Part shown: piece by piece, positions 1-14,404 of the stretch
Position numbering within the stretch: position 1 is the stretch's first letter
Layout: each line of letters opens with the position of its first letter
Assembly (NCBI GenBank): GCA_964016885.1
Contig: OZ024743.1
Span: 188,108,001 to 188,172,000, forward strand
DNA length: 64,000 bases
Reading direction: 5' to 3'
Origin: Eledone cirrhosa
Taxonomy: Eukaryota
The notes under the pieces: generated by a model
The model's database searches: none
Told to the model about the DNA's origin: nothing
What the model saw: the letters and a program-made list of their open reading frames with translations, nothing else
Made by a program: the position numbers and the translations under genes

Positions 1-98
1 GCGGTAGGGGTAGCTGAACTTGCCGGTAGAACAAAGAGGGAGTGGGGGAAACCCAGTCAAGCGTTGAAAGTGAAATCTATACACCAGATTCTTCGTTA

Positions 99-229
<131 letters not shown>

Positions 230-365
230 TCTGCAGCACTAAGACCGAGGAGATCACAAATCATGGGAGTACATAGTTGGTATAAAGATAATTAGAATCC
301 CGACTATGATGCCAAGCCGAAAAAACTTGGCATTGTGCAAGATAATACCACTCTCTCTTTCTCTT

Positions 366-461
<96 letters not shown>

Positions 462-474
462 AATATACATATAT

Positions 475-985
475 CATAATCATCATCATCATCATCATCA
501 CCATCATCACTGTTTAATGTCCATTTTTCCAGCTAGCATCGGTTAAGCGAGTTATCCCATTGTGAGACAAGCCAGACCAGATGACTGTGTAGTGCTCCTA
601 AAGAACTTATTTTGGCTTTGTTTCTATGGCTGGATGCCCTCCCTAATACCAACCACATTTACAGAGTTGACAAGCTGCTTTTTATCATGACACGTACATG
701 ACCACTTTACAGTGAGGACTGGGCGCTTTTTTCAAGACAATAAAATGACAACTTTACAATGTTGACTTGCCTGCGCTATGGGTGGGGAGGTGCATGGGGA
801 TTGGAGAGGTAGATCCTGGGTGGGGCACTTATCTGGGGAAGGATGTGGGTGTGGATGACTGGGGGGGGGGTGTTAGGAAATGAGTGGAGTGTTAGGATGT
901 GGGAGGTAATGGAAAAGTGGTGCATACTAGGTGCACATGGGAAGGTGGGTTTTCTGTATTAGTGCATAATGACAGAGATCTTGAT
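475..985 (-). mobile_element. 5'-truncated RTE LINE 3'-end fragment with (GAT)n tail
   Basis: Reverse complement matches the 3' end of the RTE copy at 34450-34845 (ggatgccc..cctaacaccaacc, tccattttcc..gctagcat..gtt, (CAT)n). Confidence 0.75.
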
Positions 986-1079
986 ATATACATATATGTG
1001 TATATATATATATATATATGTTGGCTAATAAAGACTTTTGATGTATTGAAGGCTTCTTTGTTTTATTTTCATAATATAT

Positions 1080-1599
<520 letters not shown>

Positions 1600-1620
1600 T
1601 ATATATATATATATATATAT

Positions 1621-2815
1621 ATAACGAAGGAAGTGTGGTAAGGAACCAGGTGGACCATAATGCACCAGAGTACTCGATATTCTGGGTAGTAGAGTGGGTA
1701 ATAGGAAAAAGTTCAGGGCCCCGACGGCAGAGCTCAAGCATTCTGATGGCTATTTCTGGACGAAATTAGATTTTTAGCGTGGTAGTAAATAGCCGAACTT
1801 TTCAAGGGGTAATTCCATTTATGGTCATGCGATGATCATGCATTTCTGAAGGTTGTAGTTGTCAAAAGGATTGGTCAAAATTTCTTGTAAACACATTTAA
1901 ATCTTTCATGGTGGTGGGTAGGGGGTGGATGTCGCTGAACTTGCCTGTAGAACAATGAGGGAGTGGGTGAAGCCGGTCAAGCGTTGAAAGTAATTTCTAT
2001 ACAGCAACTTCTAAGGAGTGTGGATGAATTAGGCTGGCTAGAAAGCAGGCGAAAAAAAAAAAGAATTCTTCAGGAATCTGAGGATGGGTAATTATAAAAT
2101 AAAAAAATTAAAATTAAAAAATTAAAACATTAAAAAAAAAACTAGTCTAAAACAGCTACTATATTTTTAGCTGGTATTGCGTTTTCGCCCAATGCTATAC
2201 AGAAATTACAGGGGTATGGGTACTGAGGCTACAAAAGCCCAATGGGCTGCCTCAGGGTAAGCTAAAGAGGAAAAAGGAAAAGGAAGAGGAGAGAGAGTGG
2301 AAGGAAGTGAGAAGAAGAGATAAAGGGAAAAAAGAAAAAAATTACATCTACCTATGTATGCTAGGGTTTCCCCTATCTTGTTCGGCAAGTGGGAAAAAGT
2401 AAGATGTTACAGCCATTGTCTACTCACCCGGGGCATGAGGGGATTTGAAGGCAAGGTAAGTCCTACGCAATTGGTGTTTACATGCGGTTACAAGTTCATC
2501 TTTTTTGTTTAGGAGTTGGTCCTTCGTAAACAGCATTTGTATTGTTTTCTCCGAGCATAAGCTACACGGACAGCGTCCTCCCATGTAGGAGTTAGCCCTG
2601 GAAAGTAAGCTCCAAGTAAGATGGTATGTGATGTTATTATCTTGGAGGTCCCAGATGTGGCTCGACTGTATAGTAGCATGTCGCCGGGCCGGTTTTCTGA
2701 ATGTATGTCGGTGTTGATACAACTGGGTCTTAAAGTCACAGGCAGTTAATCCTATATAGGCTTTGTTGGAGTTTTCTGTCCTCAGTTGCATTGGTAGATA
2801 ACGTTACGTTCTCTA
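1621..2815 (-). mobile_element. 5'-truncated Penelope-like element (GIY-YIG end plus 3' region, terminus family C)
   Basis: ORF 2420-2791(-) has YIGLT..FKT.LYQH, T.LS.HIW.L and CSLCSEK, typical of PLE GIY-YIG endonucleases. The terminus 1621-1775 recurs at 22600-22815, 31260-31360 and 32880-33050, and 1920-2005 resembles 1-85. Confidence 0.8.
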
Positions 2816-2912
2816 TAGAATTAAAAAATGCCTACATTCTATCAATGTATTTAGTACCTTTTTTAACTGTGGTTACCCTCTGACATAAATCAGGAATCAA
2901 CATATATATATA

Positions 2913-4150
2913 TTAGGGTCAGCTGAAAAATTCATAAGCTGACCAAGATACTCTCATGGAATGTGACCAAATGAGATTTATTTTTCAACATAGTACTACT
3001 TGTGGTCCACACACTTCTTCCCTGAATGCTGCTGTGCTTGGATCCTATTGATGAAGAAGCGTTCATCCCGTTGGTTGATAAAGTCATTAACAGCAGATGT
3101 GACATCATTATCACTGCGATACTGGTTCCTAGTTACTTTTTCATGTTGGGGAAGATGATTGTCAGATGAGGCCAAATCATGGGAATTGGGAGAGTGATCA
3201 ACTAGTTCAAAGGCACAGTCATGCACTGCAACCATTGAAACCAAGGACGTACGTTAGAGCATTGCCCTGATTAAACAAAACCCCTTTTGTTCATTTTCCT
3301 GGATGTTTGATCTTGGTAGCCTTTTGGAATTGCCTCAGCAAGTTGGCATACTACTTCCCATTGATGGTATGGCCGTTTTGAAGATATTCAATAAACACAA
3401 TGCCTTTTGTATTAAAAGAAACTCAGGCCATCAACTTCCCTGCAGATGAAATGACTTTGGCCTTCTTTGGAGCAGGTGAGGATGGGTGTTTCCACTGAAT
3501 GGATTGTCTCTTTTCTCTGACTCAAAGTGATAAACCCAACACTCATCCTGGTTTAGAAAACATTCAAAGAAACTAGCTGCATCTGCCTCAAACAATGTAA
3601 GATTTTCCTGTGATGTAATCAGCCTGATGTGTTTTGGATCGAGTGTCAGAAAATGTGGCACACACTGAGCAGAAACCTTCACCATGCCAAGAATATACTC
3701 ACCTCTCTTACATGGTATGCAAATAGCATTGACAAATTAATATATAGTCAATTGTCTATCATCCATCACCATGTGGTGAAAACAATCAATGTGTTCCTCA
3801 GTGGTGGCAGTTGCAGGATGTCCAGACCTTGGGTCATCTTCAAAACACTCCCTTCCCCTCCTAAATTCAGCTGTACAGTTTTGCACTGTTGATAAATCTC
3901 GAGTATCATCCCCTAACGTAGCAACCATGTCAGTATTAATGTCTTTGGGGACTAAACCCTTTTTATGCAAATATTCGACAACATCACGTTGCCAAATTTT
4001 GTCCATTTTCAAGAGAATTCACTACTAGTTACTTTTGAAGTCTTATTTGAACAGTGACATGTCAGTTTACCTGGAGAGAAAAAAATGCAGTTATTATAAT
4101 GCAGTTATTAATAAAAAGCCTATGAACATGAACATTTCAGCTGACCCTCA
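2913..4150 (-). mobile_element. decayed mariner (Tc1/mariner) DNA transposon
   Basis: TIRs agggtcagctgaaa / tttcagctgaccct, with TA to the left. Broken transposase fragments: N-terminal HTH with DDPRSGHP (3737-4012), QDECWVYHFE (3431-3685) and HSPNSHDLASSD, which is YSPDLAPSD-like (2996-3244). Confidence 0.92.
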
Positions 4151-4520
4151 TCATTATTGTTTAACATCCATTTTCCATGCTAGCATGAGTTAGATGGATT
4201 GTCCCATTTGAGGCAAGTTGGGTCAGGTGATTATGTATTACTCATATAGAACTGTTTCTGGCTAGGTTTCTATGGCTGGATGCCCTTCCTAACACTAACC
4301 ACATTTACAGTGTGTGCTGAATGCTTTTTGTCATGACTCTTACACAACCACATTACAGTGTGGGTTGTATATATTTTGTTTATAGTATAAGGGTGGTGTG
4401 GACAGGAGTGGGTGGCTGGGGGTATAGTGGTTAAGAGATGCCTACTAGATGTATGTTTGAGTGTGTGCACATGGGAAGGCTTGTCTTCTGTATTACTGCA
4501 TAATGCCAGTGTGTCCAAGT
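4151..4520 (-). mobile_element. RTE LINE 3'-end fragment
   Basis: Same conserved blocks as 34450-34845 (ggatgcccttcctaacac, ccatgctagcatg). Confidence 0.75.
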
Positions 4521-5479
4521 ATGTGTGTTCATAATCGTACTGTGCCTTTGTACCAAATGTATATATATAATTATTTCATCATTGATATTATGGCAACTTG
4601 AGCTCATGTTTTACAAAGCAGATGCCCTTCCTGACACCAACTCTTTTAGTAACATTTTAGAACATACAAGGATATGATGTACCTATTCTAAACAAATACA
4701 TATATACATGTATATATGGCAGTAGCACTAAGATAGCATTAAGCATAATAGGGAGATATATGGCAGTATATATTGTTTGTTTATAGACAATAAACATATA
4801 GGAACCTCACTATCATAGAAAAAGTATTTTTTCATTATGAAAAAATTATTTTTCTCTCTTTTACTCTTTGAACATATCACATACATCTCAGTAGCTTTGA
4901 GAAAGTGAGGTAGCTGTTTCAAGATTCTTTAATTTCTCATCACTGAGATTTAATATATGCTTTCATATACACTCCTATTGTGCTTAATGCTACATTTATG
5001 CTATTGCTAATTAATTATAACCAGCCAAATTTGCACTATATACAACTGGGCATCTCTAATAAATGTTCATCATGCAAACTCTACATAAGCTCCAGTCTAT
5101 TTTCATCTCATTTCTATAGCAGTGGAGATTTATCCCACTTGTCCATAGTAACTGCTGTAGGTTGATGACATAATTCTTATAGTTGAATCTTGAAAGTGCT
5201 AGAGAAGAAATTTCTCTTCTAGAATCAAAAAGGCAAGAGGAACTTAAAAAAGACCACTAATTTACTAAGTAGTAAAGAGGACACGACTCTGATTCCATCA
5301 GGGAAGTGGCTATGCTCAATATGTAGAAAAATAGTACGTTGGAACTCCATAAGATGTACTTATTATAAATTATGGGTAAATAAGTGGATTGTAGGTTGGA
5401 TAAGAAAAAAGAAACTTTTTGTATGACAGATTTACAAGGAGAGTTGATAGTTAGAGCACCAGGGAAATAAGCTTTCGCA

Positions 5480-6032
5480 ATCCCAAGAGGGGCCATAGAA
5501 GTAGTTGATAGTTTCTGTTACCATGATAACTTAATTAGCAGTGAGAGAGATATCTCTGAAAACAGAAAAACAAGAATAAGAACAGGATGGAAAATGTTTA
5601 GGGTGCTACTACTTCTGTTTACAACAAAACTTTTCTCTCTACAAATGAAAATTCAGCTGTATGGTGCCTGCATGTGAAGTGCTATGTTTCATGGTAGTGA
5701 AAAATGGGCACTGAATGCTAGGCTGAAGAATATGTATTGTTACAGTAAATGAATGGAGAAGCATGGATATAAGAGGAATCAGATGCCATGTACAAGGTTG
5801 TGCTTGTATGGACATGTGATGCACAGATGATAAATCGTTGAGAGAATTGTCCAGCACCACAGCAAGAAAGATTGGAGTAGCAGTTATGAAAGCTGATTTC
5901 AAAGTACTTAACCAGAGAGGAAGATAAGGGAAGGCAAAAATTGAAGGGAAGTTGTGCTGGAAGTGACTTATTCAACCTATGCCAGCATGGAAAAGTAGAC
6001 ATAAAAAGGTGGTGATGAGAATGATGTTGATG
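5480..6032 (+). pseudogene. heavily decayed, internally deleted RTE LINE 3' part
   Basis: atagaagtagttgatagtttctg..., agaacaggatggaaaatgtttaggg and catggtagtgaaaaatgggca align with 33878-34080; ends in a GAT-like tail. Confidence 0.7.
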
Positions 6033-6053
6033 AGAAAACACACATATATATAT

Positions 6054-6102
<49 letters not shown>

Positions 6103-6171
6103 ACTTATATATTATGGAATATTATGGAATACTGTTAGCTTCTCGCTACAACAATTTCTATACTTTTCATT

Positions 6172-6212
<41 letters not shown>

Positions 6213-9200
6213 ATACATATACATATGTCACAATTACATGTAATTTTGTAGCTTTCATCCTTTGTAATATTAAGAAAACTAAGAAGATCCAGAGATGTTA
6301 TAGATCATTTGTTGTAAAATAGATATTATAGATATTATGGATAGATCTTTTGTTGCTTGAAATATAATCTCAAAAAATACCAATAATATATTTTAAATCA
6401 ATAATTAATATTTTTTATCAGTTTGAATCAATATTTTAGGTATTGTCCTTATGTATCTATGGATTGTGAGTCCTGATCTTGGGGGTTTTGCTGCAAACAT
6501 TGTAAAAGAAGAAAATATGAATCACATAATGAATTTTAACCTGCCATGACATGACCTGGGGAAGTTGGTCTCGTTGCCAGGCTATAATAGTTTTAGGAAG
6601 GCTTTCTTATAGCTGCTTCAATGATTTTAAATTGTCAGCTGACAAAATAAAATGAAATTAGAAAACAAAAAGAATGAAGGGGAAAGAAAATGTTACTCAC
6701 TTCAAATGAAGAGAAATAAAAAATAATTCATTTCAAAAGAAATCACCTTATTTATAACATGTCTTAATAATAAATGTCTTCATTTGATGAAAAGAAAATG
6801 ATCACAAAAGCTGTCATGGGTTTTAAATATAAAAAGAAAATAATAAAACCAATAATTTGATGTACAGTGAGATGTTTTTTAATCACTTTATTCAGAAATA
6901 TGAATTGTCTTTTTTATATTTTTCGTTAGTACTTCATACTAACTACACTGCCTTTGTGAAAAAAGGAAAAAAAGTAAAGAAGAATCTGTAATAAGTGTAC
7001 ACTGATTCATCTTATAGATTCAAGCAGTTTAAATTCTACAATATTTTCCAACTATCTTCATTTTTATCTTGTTTGATATGAAAAATTGATTTCATTCAAA
7101 TCTTCACATTTCTCTTTTTCTTTTTATTTCACTTCTGTGGTTTCATAAATCTTTTTCGACATCTTTTGTAAAAAAAACAAACAAAAAACTCCAAATCGGT
7201 TATACTTCTGAAGCATTGATAAAAGAACAGAGCAAAAACAATAAAGAAAACAAAATAAAACAAAAAATCATGCAAAAGAAAAACAATAAAAAAGAAAGCA
7301 AAATTTCTCATATCACTAACATATTGGCTCTTAATCACCAATAATCTTTATCTTGATCACAATCTACCTCTGTATATGTGACATAGATGGCATTTTACCA
7401 ATAGTTTCTTAAAACTATATCGAAGTTATTACTATTTCCATCCTCTCCCATCAAATAAAATCAGATGTCTCTTGTACACAATCTTACAGGATTTATGGAA
7501 TTATCTTTCCTCTACATCTGAAATTGAACTAATGGAATAAAAATGTCTCCTCCTCCTCATACTTTTCCTTATCTTCCTCCTCCTTCTCCTTCTATCTTCA
7601 TCGTAAACTAAGAAAATAAATATCTTTGAATACTTTGATGAAAGTAAATTTACCATGAAAACTATAAGAAAACAAATTAATTGAATATAAATAATTGAAC
7701 ATTGGCTGTACTTTCATTGCTATATTTGCAATGGTGGTTTGTATTTCCATCAATAAAAGGTAAAATCTATTTTTCAAGGACTTTGGGAGAAAAATCAATA
7801 TTTTCAGGCTATAAGTCAAACTTAAGATCCACAACTAAAGGAATCAATGATTGATCATTGATTGAACAAAAGAAGAATTTAAGTTTTATATCCTGTCATC
7901 AATTCTGAGCTGTGCATAGCCAAGACTCTTAGCTCATATTCGTCCCAGTCCTCCTAACTTTAAATAAGTACTACACAGTTAGGACTACTTTCTGATGTAT
8001 GTTAATGCAAATTTGTAAAATTATTACTTCATAATGGTCATAAATTATATATTTTATTTCTGAAAATACTTAACCCTTTTGATACAACCCAGTCATAAAC
8101 ATCGCTGGTTTTATGAACCAAATCATTAATCTTATGGAAAAGTAGATTAAAGTTGCAACCTCAATGACTCACTGGATAATGGAATTCTACATTACTATCA
8201 AGGAAGAGTCATTTTAACTTTCATTTCATTTGTTAATTTAACTATGTCCTCTGAAATCCCAATCAGTCAGATGAGGAAATATGTTGGTGATCAGGTTACA
8301 AAAGAGTGATGAAACCTTTTGACACTTCAGTACATAGTACTATTGTTAATTACATGAAAAGTTGATATAATAGCTTTTATGTGTTATTAGATGGCTAAAA
8401 GGATTTTTCCATTATGTAATTGTTTCAATTTCAATATACAATCAGAGATGAATAAACTTGGTTAATAAGTATTTAGAAAACTTATTGTATATCTATGTAC
8501 ATTTATAACTTTATAATAAGTATAAATTAGATATTTCATTTATGAGAAAGCTTAACCCTTTTGATACAAGTCTGACCACAACCAGGTATGGTTTTATGAA
8601 ACAAAACCACCCATTTTTTATGGTTCCTATTTAAATTTAAATAATTTCTCATAAAATTACTATCTTTGTAATGAAATAATTAACATTAGTAAATCCTTCA
8701 AGATTCTAGAAATATCGTAATAAAAGTGTTACAACCATTTTGGCAAAGCCAAATATCCAATATCATCTTATTTTTGAAGATGTAGTTATTTTACTTCATG
8801 CTTAATTTATTTTATAAAAAAAAAAAAATCATGGAGTGTGGAATTTAATGCCTTGAGACTAGAAAAAGGAGCCTATTAGTTGGTAATGAATATAAGGTGT
8901 GATGATCTGCTGGTTAAATATACATTGAGTTGAGAGACTGTATGAGTGAATGTTAAATATATTGAGCACAGGCAATACTGTACAGTGTTAGTGATCATAT
9001 CTAAACAATCAAATTTGGAATATCGGCACTCAACCTAACCACTTCTGGTTTTATGGTTTTAAGTGGTTGACAGATGAAATTCTAACTGGTTATTTCTTCT
9101 ACTTAGAATATCTGCTGTAGTAACTTGATTCAGTGGAATGATACGTGATGGGGACCCCCCACAGCCCCAGCGGACAGAATGGAGAAGGTGTTTCCCTGAT

Positions 9201-9555
9201 ACAATTTCAAGTTGCAGATAATAATAGTTTTATCATACAGAAACTACATAATATGACAGCTGCAGCTTGATAATGTCTGTTTTCTGCCATTTGGTGGCTG
9301 GTGTGGTCTATGTTTGGTTTACGAAATCAGGAATGCAGGTCAATGGTTGGTTTAGTAGAGGATATGAGTGCAGGTTTACAGTGTTTCTTAAGTGTATTAT
9401 TTACAGATTAAGGCAATCCATGGTTTTTTTTTACATAGATTTAATAATATACAGTAAATATGGATTTTGCACATTTTTACAATATAATGAGGAGAGCCTC
9501 ATGAACCAAGGAGGGAGCTTTGATGTGGCAAATATACCTGCCAACTCTCCTTTAA

Positions 9556-9772
9556 CCCTTTAGTATAACCTGCCATATCCGGCAAGAATTCTTTCACCTT
9601 TTTCTGTTTAAACCAGCTGTAACCTGCCAATGATACCAATGTTTAGATATTCTTCTCAAAATGAATAATATCAAAATCTCATAGCTTCAATATTATGTGC
9701 GATATTATGTGAGATAAAGCCTTTACCGTTAAAATACAATAGTAAATACAGAGTAATGTAAATGCTAAAGGG
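9556..9772. mobile_element. piggyBac-type MITE
   Basis: TTAA|CCCTTTAG ... CTAAAGGG|TTAA, i.e. TIRs with a TTAA target duplication; second copy at 44454-44664. Confidence 0.85.
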
Positions 9773-10534
9773 TTAAATCACACACTATCATATATAGTTA
9801 AAGGATATACTGGGGACCGTAGTTCTTAATATACAAAAAGACTACAGCTGGAATAAATACAATTGATTATAGATCTATTCAATCAGGATTGACTTGGAGC
9901 TATAGAACAAGAAACATTTATATTCAAAGTCTATAGTTGATTGAAAAGGCTACATATATTGCTGGCACTTATATTATCAAGCCAAAGACAGAGAAGTGAG
10001 TGAATTGCATAGCTTACATATAAAAAGAATTTGAACACAATATAAATAGTCTGCCAGTCAACCATTACAACAACGCCAATGCCTATACATAGAGAATAAA
10101 ATTACAAGAAACAAGCAAGTAGAACAACTTGGTTTTTGGTTATTAAAAAAAGACCATTCTAATTATGTGTTATATGATTTTTGTGATAGGCAATTACAAC
10201 ATTTTAGGACATGATATAATGCTGGTTGTTTCTTTACATAGGGAAATAAGTTAGTTTTTTGACATATTCTTTCATAGAATAGTTTATACTTTTTCTTCAC
10301 TTCTTGAACTTGGGAATCCATATCAAACTGGTAATTGCATGTTATGCAACCATCTTCTTTTCATCTCGTAAAAGATTTGTATTCTTTAATCATTTGCTAA
10401 CTTGCAAAACATGGAACTAACAAAAAAGAAAACCCTAATCTTGTACAAGCTTGCAAAAAAACAAAGAGTATTTTATATAAGGTTCATTTCAAAGATACAA
10501 ATCTATACACATATGTATATTTGCATATAAATGC

Positions 10535-10587
<53 letters not shown>

Positions 10588-10590
<3 letters not shown>

Positions 10591-10760
10591 TCTTCATCAT
10601 CATCGTTTACCATTCATTTTCCCATGCTTGTATGGGTTAGATGGGTCGTCCATGTCGGAAGACAAGTCTGGCCAAAATTGGCAACACCCTACCATTGCTC
10701 CAATGGGATTTTACAGTTGGATGCCATTCCTAACACCAACCACAAATACAGTGTGGAGCA
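10588..10760 (-). mobile_element. RTE LINE 3'-end fragment
   Basis: (CAT)n followed by ttttcccatgcttgtatgggttag and ggatgccattcctaacaccaacc. Confidence 0.7.
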
Positions 10761-12696
10761 ATATATATATAGAGAGAGAGAAGGAGAGAGAGAGATGGGG
10801 GAAATAGAGTGAGATAGATATAATCTCGACTAAGGAGCCAGTGTATAATTGCTCATATGTTATACATACTAGCAGGATAACCACCCCTCGGGTGGTTTTC
10901 TGCTAGCATGTGTAGTTTGCATATTGATATTATACGCAAGTATACATGCATGTAGATATGATACATCAAATAAAATCGTAATTGACAATATACACAGAAA
11001 CTGAATGAAGGCTGCGTTACACTGGCTTATGTAATCGGTAACGTAATCCATTAAAAAAGACAATATTATATATAAACTGCATTAGGAGAAAATTGGTGAC
11101 AGAAATATATGAATGTTTATTTAAGTTATCGCTAACCGGAAGTGTTGACATTTGAAAATGTTAAAGAATATATTTAATCAATACCTATGAAATTTAGCAA
11201 ATAAATTATGTAATATTCATTCATTATTTATTCAAAGTAATCCACTTATTTTACAAATGGGATAAACAATTATTTTCTGGATGCAGTCTTGCACTCCTTT
11301 CTTTATTATAGTTAAGATGCTTGCAGGTGTTCATTCCTCCTTGAAGATTATTAAGCTGACTCCTTACTTTTTCATGTTGCTTTTGATTTCCTTATTTGAG
11401 CAGGTAAAATATTTCTGATTATAATAGTTTTTGTCTTTGATTTTTTTCCCCTATATTTTAATTTCTATCTGAACAGTCATTTCTGACATAATAAATACTT
11501 CTGTTTCTTTCAATTTTGACTAACAATTTATTGGTTTCATTTCAGCTGAATTGTTCATTGTTTCTATTTTCTTTCTATTGTTTAGTTTTTGTTCACTAAT
11601 CAGCCATTTCCTTTTCCTATTATGCTTATAGTGTAATGGCAGCTTTGTTGTAGAAATAGAAGACTAGCAAGGCAATGAACTTACAGTATTTAGTTTTAAA
11701 ATGCCATTTTCTGTGTTTAAATTACATTAGGTTTCATTTGTGGCTTATCTTCAATTTGATAGTCTATCAAATCTAACAACTATCCGTGAATAGCACTGTC
11801 AGTTAAACTGGAATTGAAAAAATTAGTTACCAGTAATCACTTCAGATTCCCTGTAATTATATACATACAAAGTATACAGTTAACTCCTCCACCACACCAA
11901 ATTCAATCCTTTTATTACAAACATTGACCACTTCAAAAAAGAGACTCCATTATCTAAGATGCTAGAATCAATTTTCTGTAACTATAGTTGTATATATTTA
12001 TCATTACAGCCATGTTATAAACATAATAAAGTCTTCCAGTGGAAATAGCACTGAACAATAAAATGTGCATCTGTTACATAGCAATATGCACCTCATAAAT
12101 GTAAAAATAGATTGTTTTCCAAATCCACTATCTGCTATGTTAAGAACTATTTGTTATATCTTCAAGCATGTACTTATCACTCAAGTTGCAGGATATTTCT
12201 CATAAATACTTCAACAAAATAGAGGGTAGAGAAATGAAATGTACATCCATTTTGCAGCCATATCACCAGTGTGCACATAATAAATTCAATGCAAATTATC
12301 AAATGGTACTTTTGTCTTTACTGCTTCCAAGAACAATTGTTACATTCAGAACAAACAAAGGTAATACTTTTAAAGGCTTCTTACAGAACTCTCCTTGGAT
12401 ACAACATTTGTAACATGATTAGTGAACTGGAAATTCTAAAAGCAAAGCTGGAGGAAAAAGATAGTCATGCATGCATGCACACTATCATACATGACTATTG
12501 ATATAATAAATATATATAGTTGCATGCACACACACATACACACACATGCACACATACAAAGACATGACACACATGTATATATATATATAATATGAAAAGA
12601 CATTTACGATAGTGTATATATATATATATATATATATATATGCATGCTTATCTTTTTTCTTTATACACCAACATTACATTCTGATGCATAATATAT

Positions 12697-12870
12697 GGTT
12701 GGTTGGTGTTAGGAAGGGCATCCAGACATAGAAAACCTGCCAGATCGTCCTATGAGCGAGACACGGTCACCTGACCAGCCTTGCCTCAAGTGGGATAACT
12801 CCCGTCTAACCCATGCTAGCGTGGAAAATGGACGTTAAACGAAGATGATGATGATGATGATGATGATGAT
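12697..12870 (+). mobile_element. RTE LINE 3'-end fragment with (GAT)n tail
   Basis: High similarity to 34683-34845. Confidence 0.8.
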
Positions 12871-12970
12871 ACATTTATATATATGTTAAGTATTTCGTAG
12901 AACAGTAAAGAAAAAAAGACTGCTCTATGTATAGTACAGAGTTATATAATCAAATAATAAAACACAATAT

Positions 12971-13050
12971 AATTATTCCATTACCAAAGATTTCAGGAAA
13001 CTAGACGATCCTTACAGAAACGTCCAGCTCGTTCATCAGATGGAATAGTT
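12971..13050 (-). ncRNA. type I hammerhead ribozyme motif
   Basis: Minus strand: stem I aactattccat / atggaataatt, CUGAUGA, stem II gagctggacg..cgtctagttt, GAAA, short stem III, GUA cleavage triplet. Confidence 0.7.
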
Positions 13051-13104
13051 AAGTTTTGGATATAAATTTTGAAATTAATATATATTAATTAAATATACAT
13101 ACAT

Positions 13105-13151
<47 letters not shown>

Positions 13152-13432
13152 CATATATATGTATATGTAGGTATATGTGTATATGTATGTGTGCATGTGT
13201 GTATATATGTATGTATGTATTTATATATGCGTATGAGTGTTTGAATATATATATATTCATATACATATATATGTGTGTGTTTATATAATTGTATGTGCAT
13301 ATATGTGTGTCCGTATATCTGTATGAATATATATATATTCAAACACTCATACTCATATATAAACACATAAATACATATATGCACACATGCACACATACAT
13401 ATACACATATACCTACATATATATGTGTATGC

Positions 13433-13503
<71 letters not shown>

Positions 13504-13690
13504 GGGGGGAGAATGAAAAACGAAAAATCAGTGATGCATTGGAACTCAATTTATTGTGTTACAATTGTTTACCCGGCGAACAGCTCGAGGTGCGATCAGT
13601 GTATTGATCGACCTGACTCTAGACTACTCTTCCCCGTTGGAGTGCTCAACCGCCATACCACCCATGGAAGCATCTTAGCTACCATTAGAC

Positions 13691-13734
<44 letters not shown>

Positions 13735-13743
<9 letters not shown>

Positions 13744-14271
13744 TAAACAAATAATGAACAAACAATTCCTTATATTAAACAAAAAAAGTTCACTATTTAA
13801 CGATCGTTTCTAGGGTATATATGTGCTATAATTGGTATGCATATTTAACAGATCTATGTACAAAATTATACAAAATTATACAAATTATCAAGATTAAATA
13901 TACATACCTAACTCATATATACGCCGTCTTCAGAAATCTTTCTGAAGACGGCGTATATATGAGTTAGGTATGTATATTTAATCTTGATAATTTGTATAAT
14001 TTTGTATAATTTTGTACATAGATCTGTTAAATATGCATACCAATTATAGCACATATATACCCTAGAAACGATCGTTAAATAGTGAACTTTTTTTGTTTAA
14101 TATAAGGAATTGTTTGTTCATTATTTGTTTAATATTTTATCTTGACTCTGTATACCGTTTATCTTTCACCGAAATTGGATTTTCATTACATCTCTTCTTT
14201 CCATGATATCCGGAATACATTGAGTTCTTCATACGGATTGGACACTACCGTAAACTCTTGGTAGATTTATC

Positions 14272-14274
<3 letters not shown>
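13735..14274 (+). mobile_element. PLE terminal element, family A: 202-bp-arm palindrome plus extension, in (TA)n
   Basis: Arms 13735-13936 and 13939-14140 appear to be exact reverse complements around a 2-nt loop. The extension is shared with 1464-1599. Confidence 0.85.
13939..14082 (+). ncRNA. hammerhead-like motif with very long stem II (mirrored on the minus strand at ~13793-13936)
   Basis: CUGAAGA at 13942-13948, a ~115-nt foldback (gtatatatg/catatatac; ggtatgtatatttaa/ttaaatatgcatacc), then GAAAC-gatc-GUU at 14065-14076. Stem I is weak or truncated at the inversion point. Confidence 0.5.
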
Positions 14275-14355
<81 letters not shown>

Positions 14356-14404
14356 TGTATATATAATAAATAAATAACAAAGAACGCTTATAGCATATGC
14401 ATAT

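Noticed and set aside
1735-1812. Family C hammerhead (GAAA-tagcc(a/g)-UC half)
   Set aside because: The 3' half is present, but no intact CUGANGA occurs in any copy in this window, so it is not called.
13545-13625. Hammerhead-like motif on the minus strand (CTGATCG..TAAAC aatt GTA)
   Set aside because: Both core halves are mutated and stem I does not pair.
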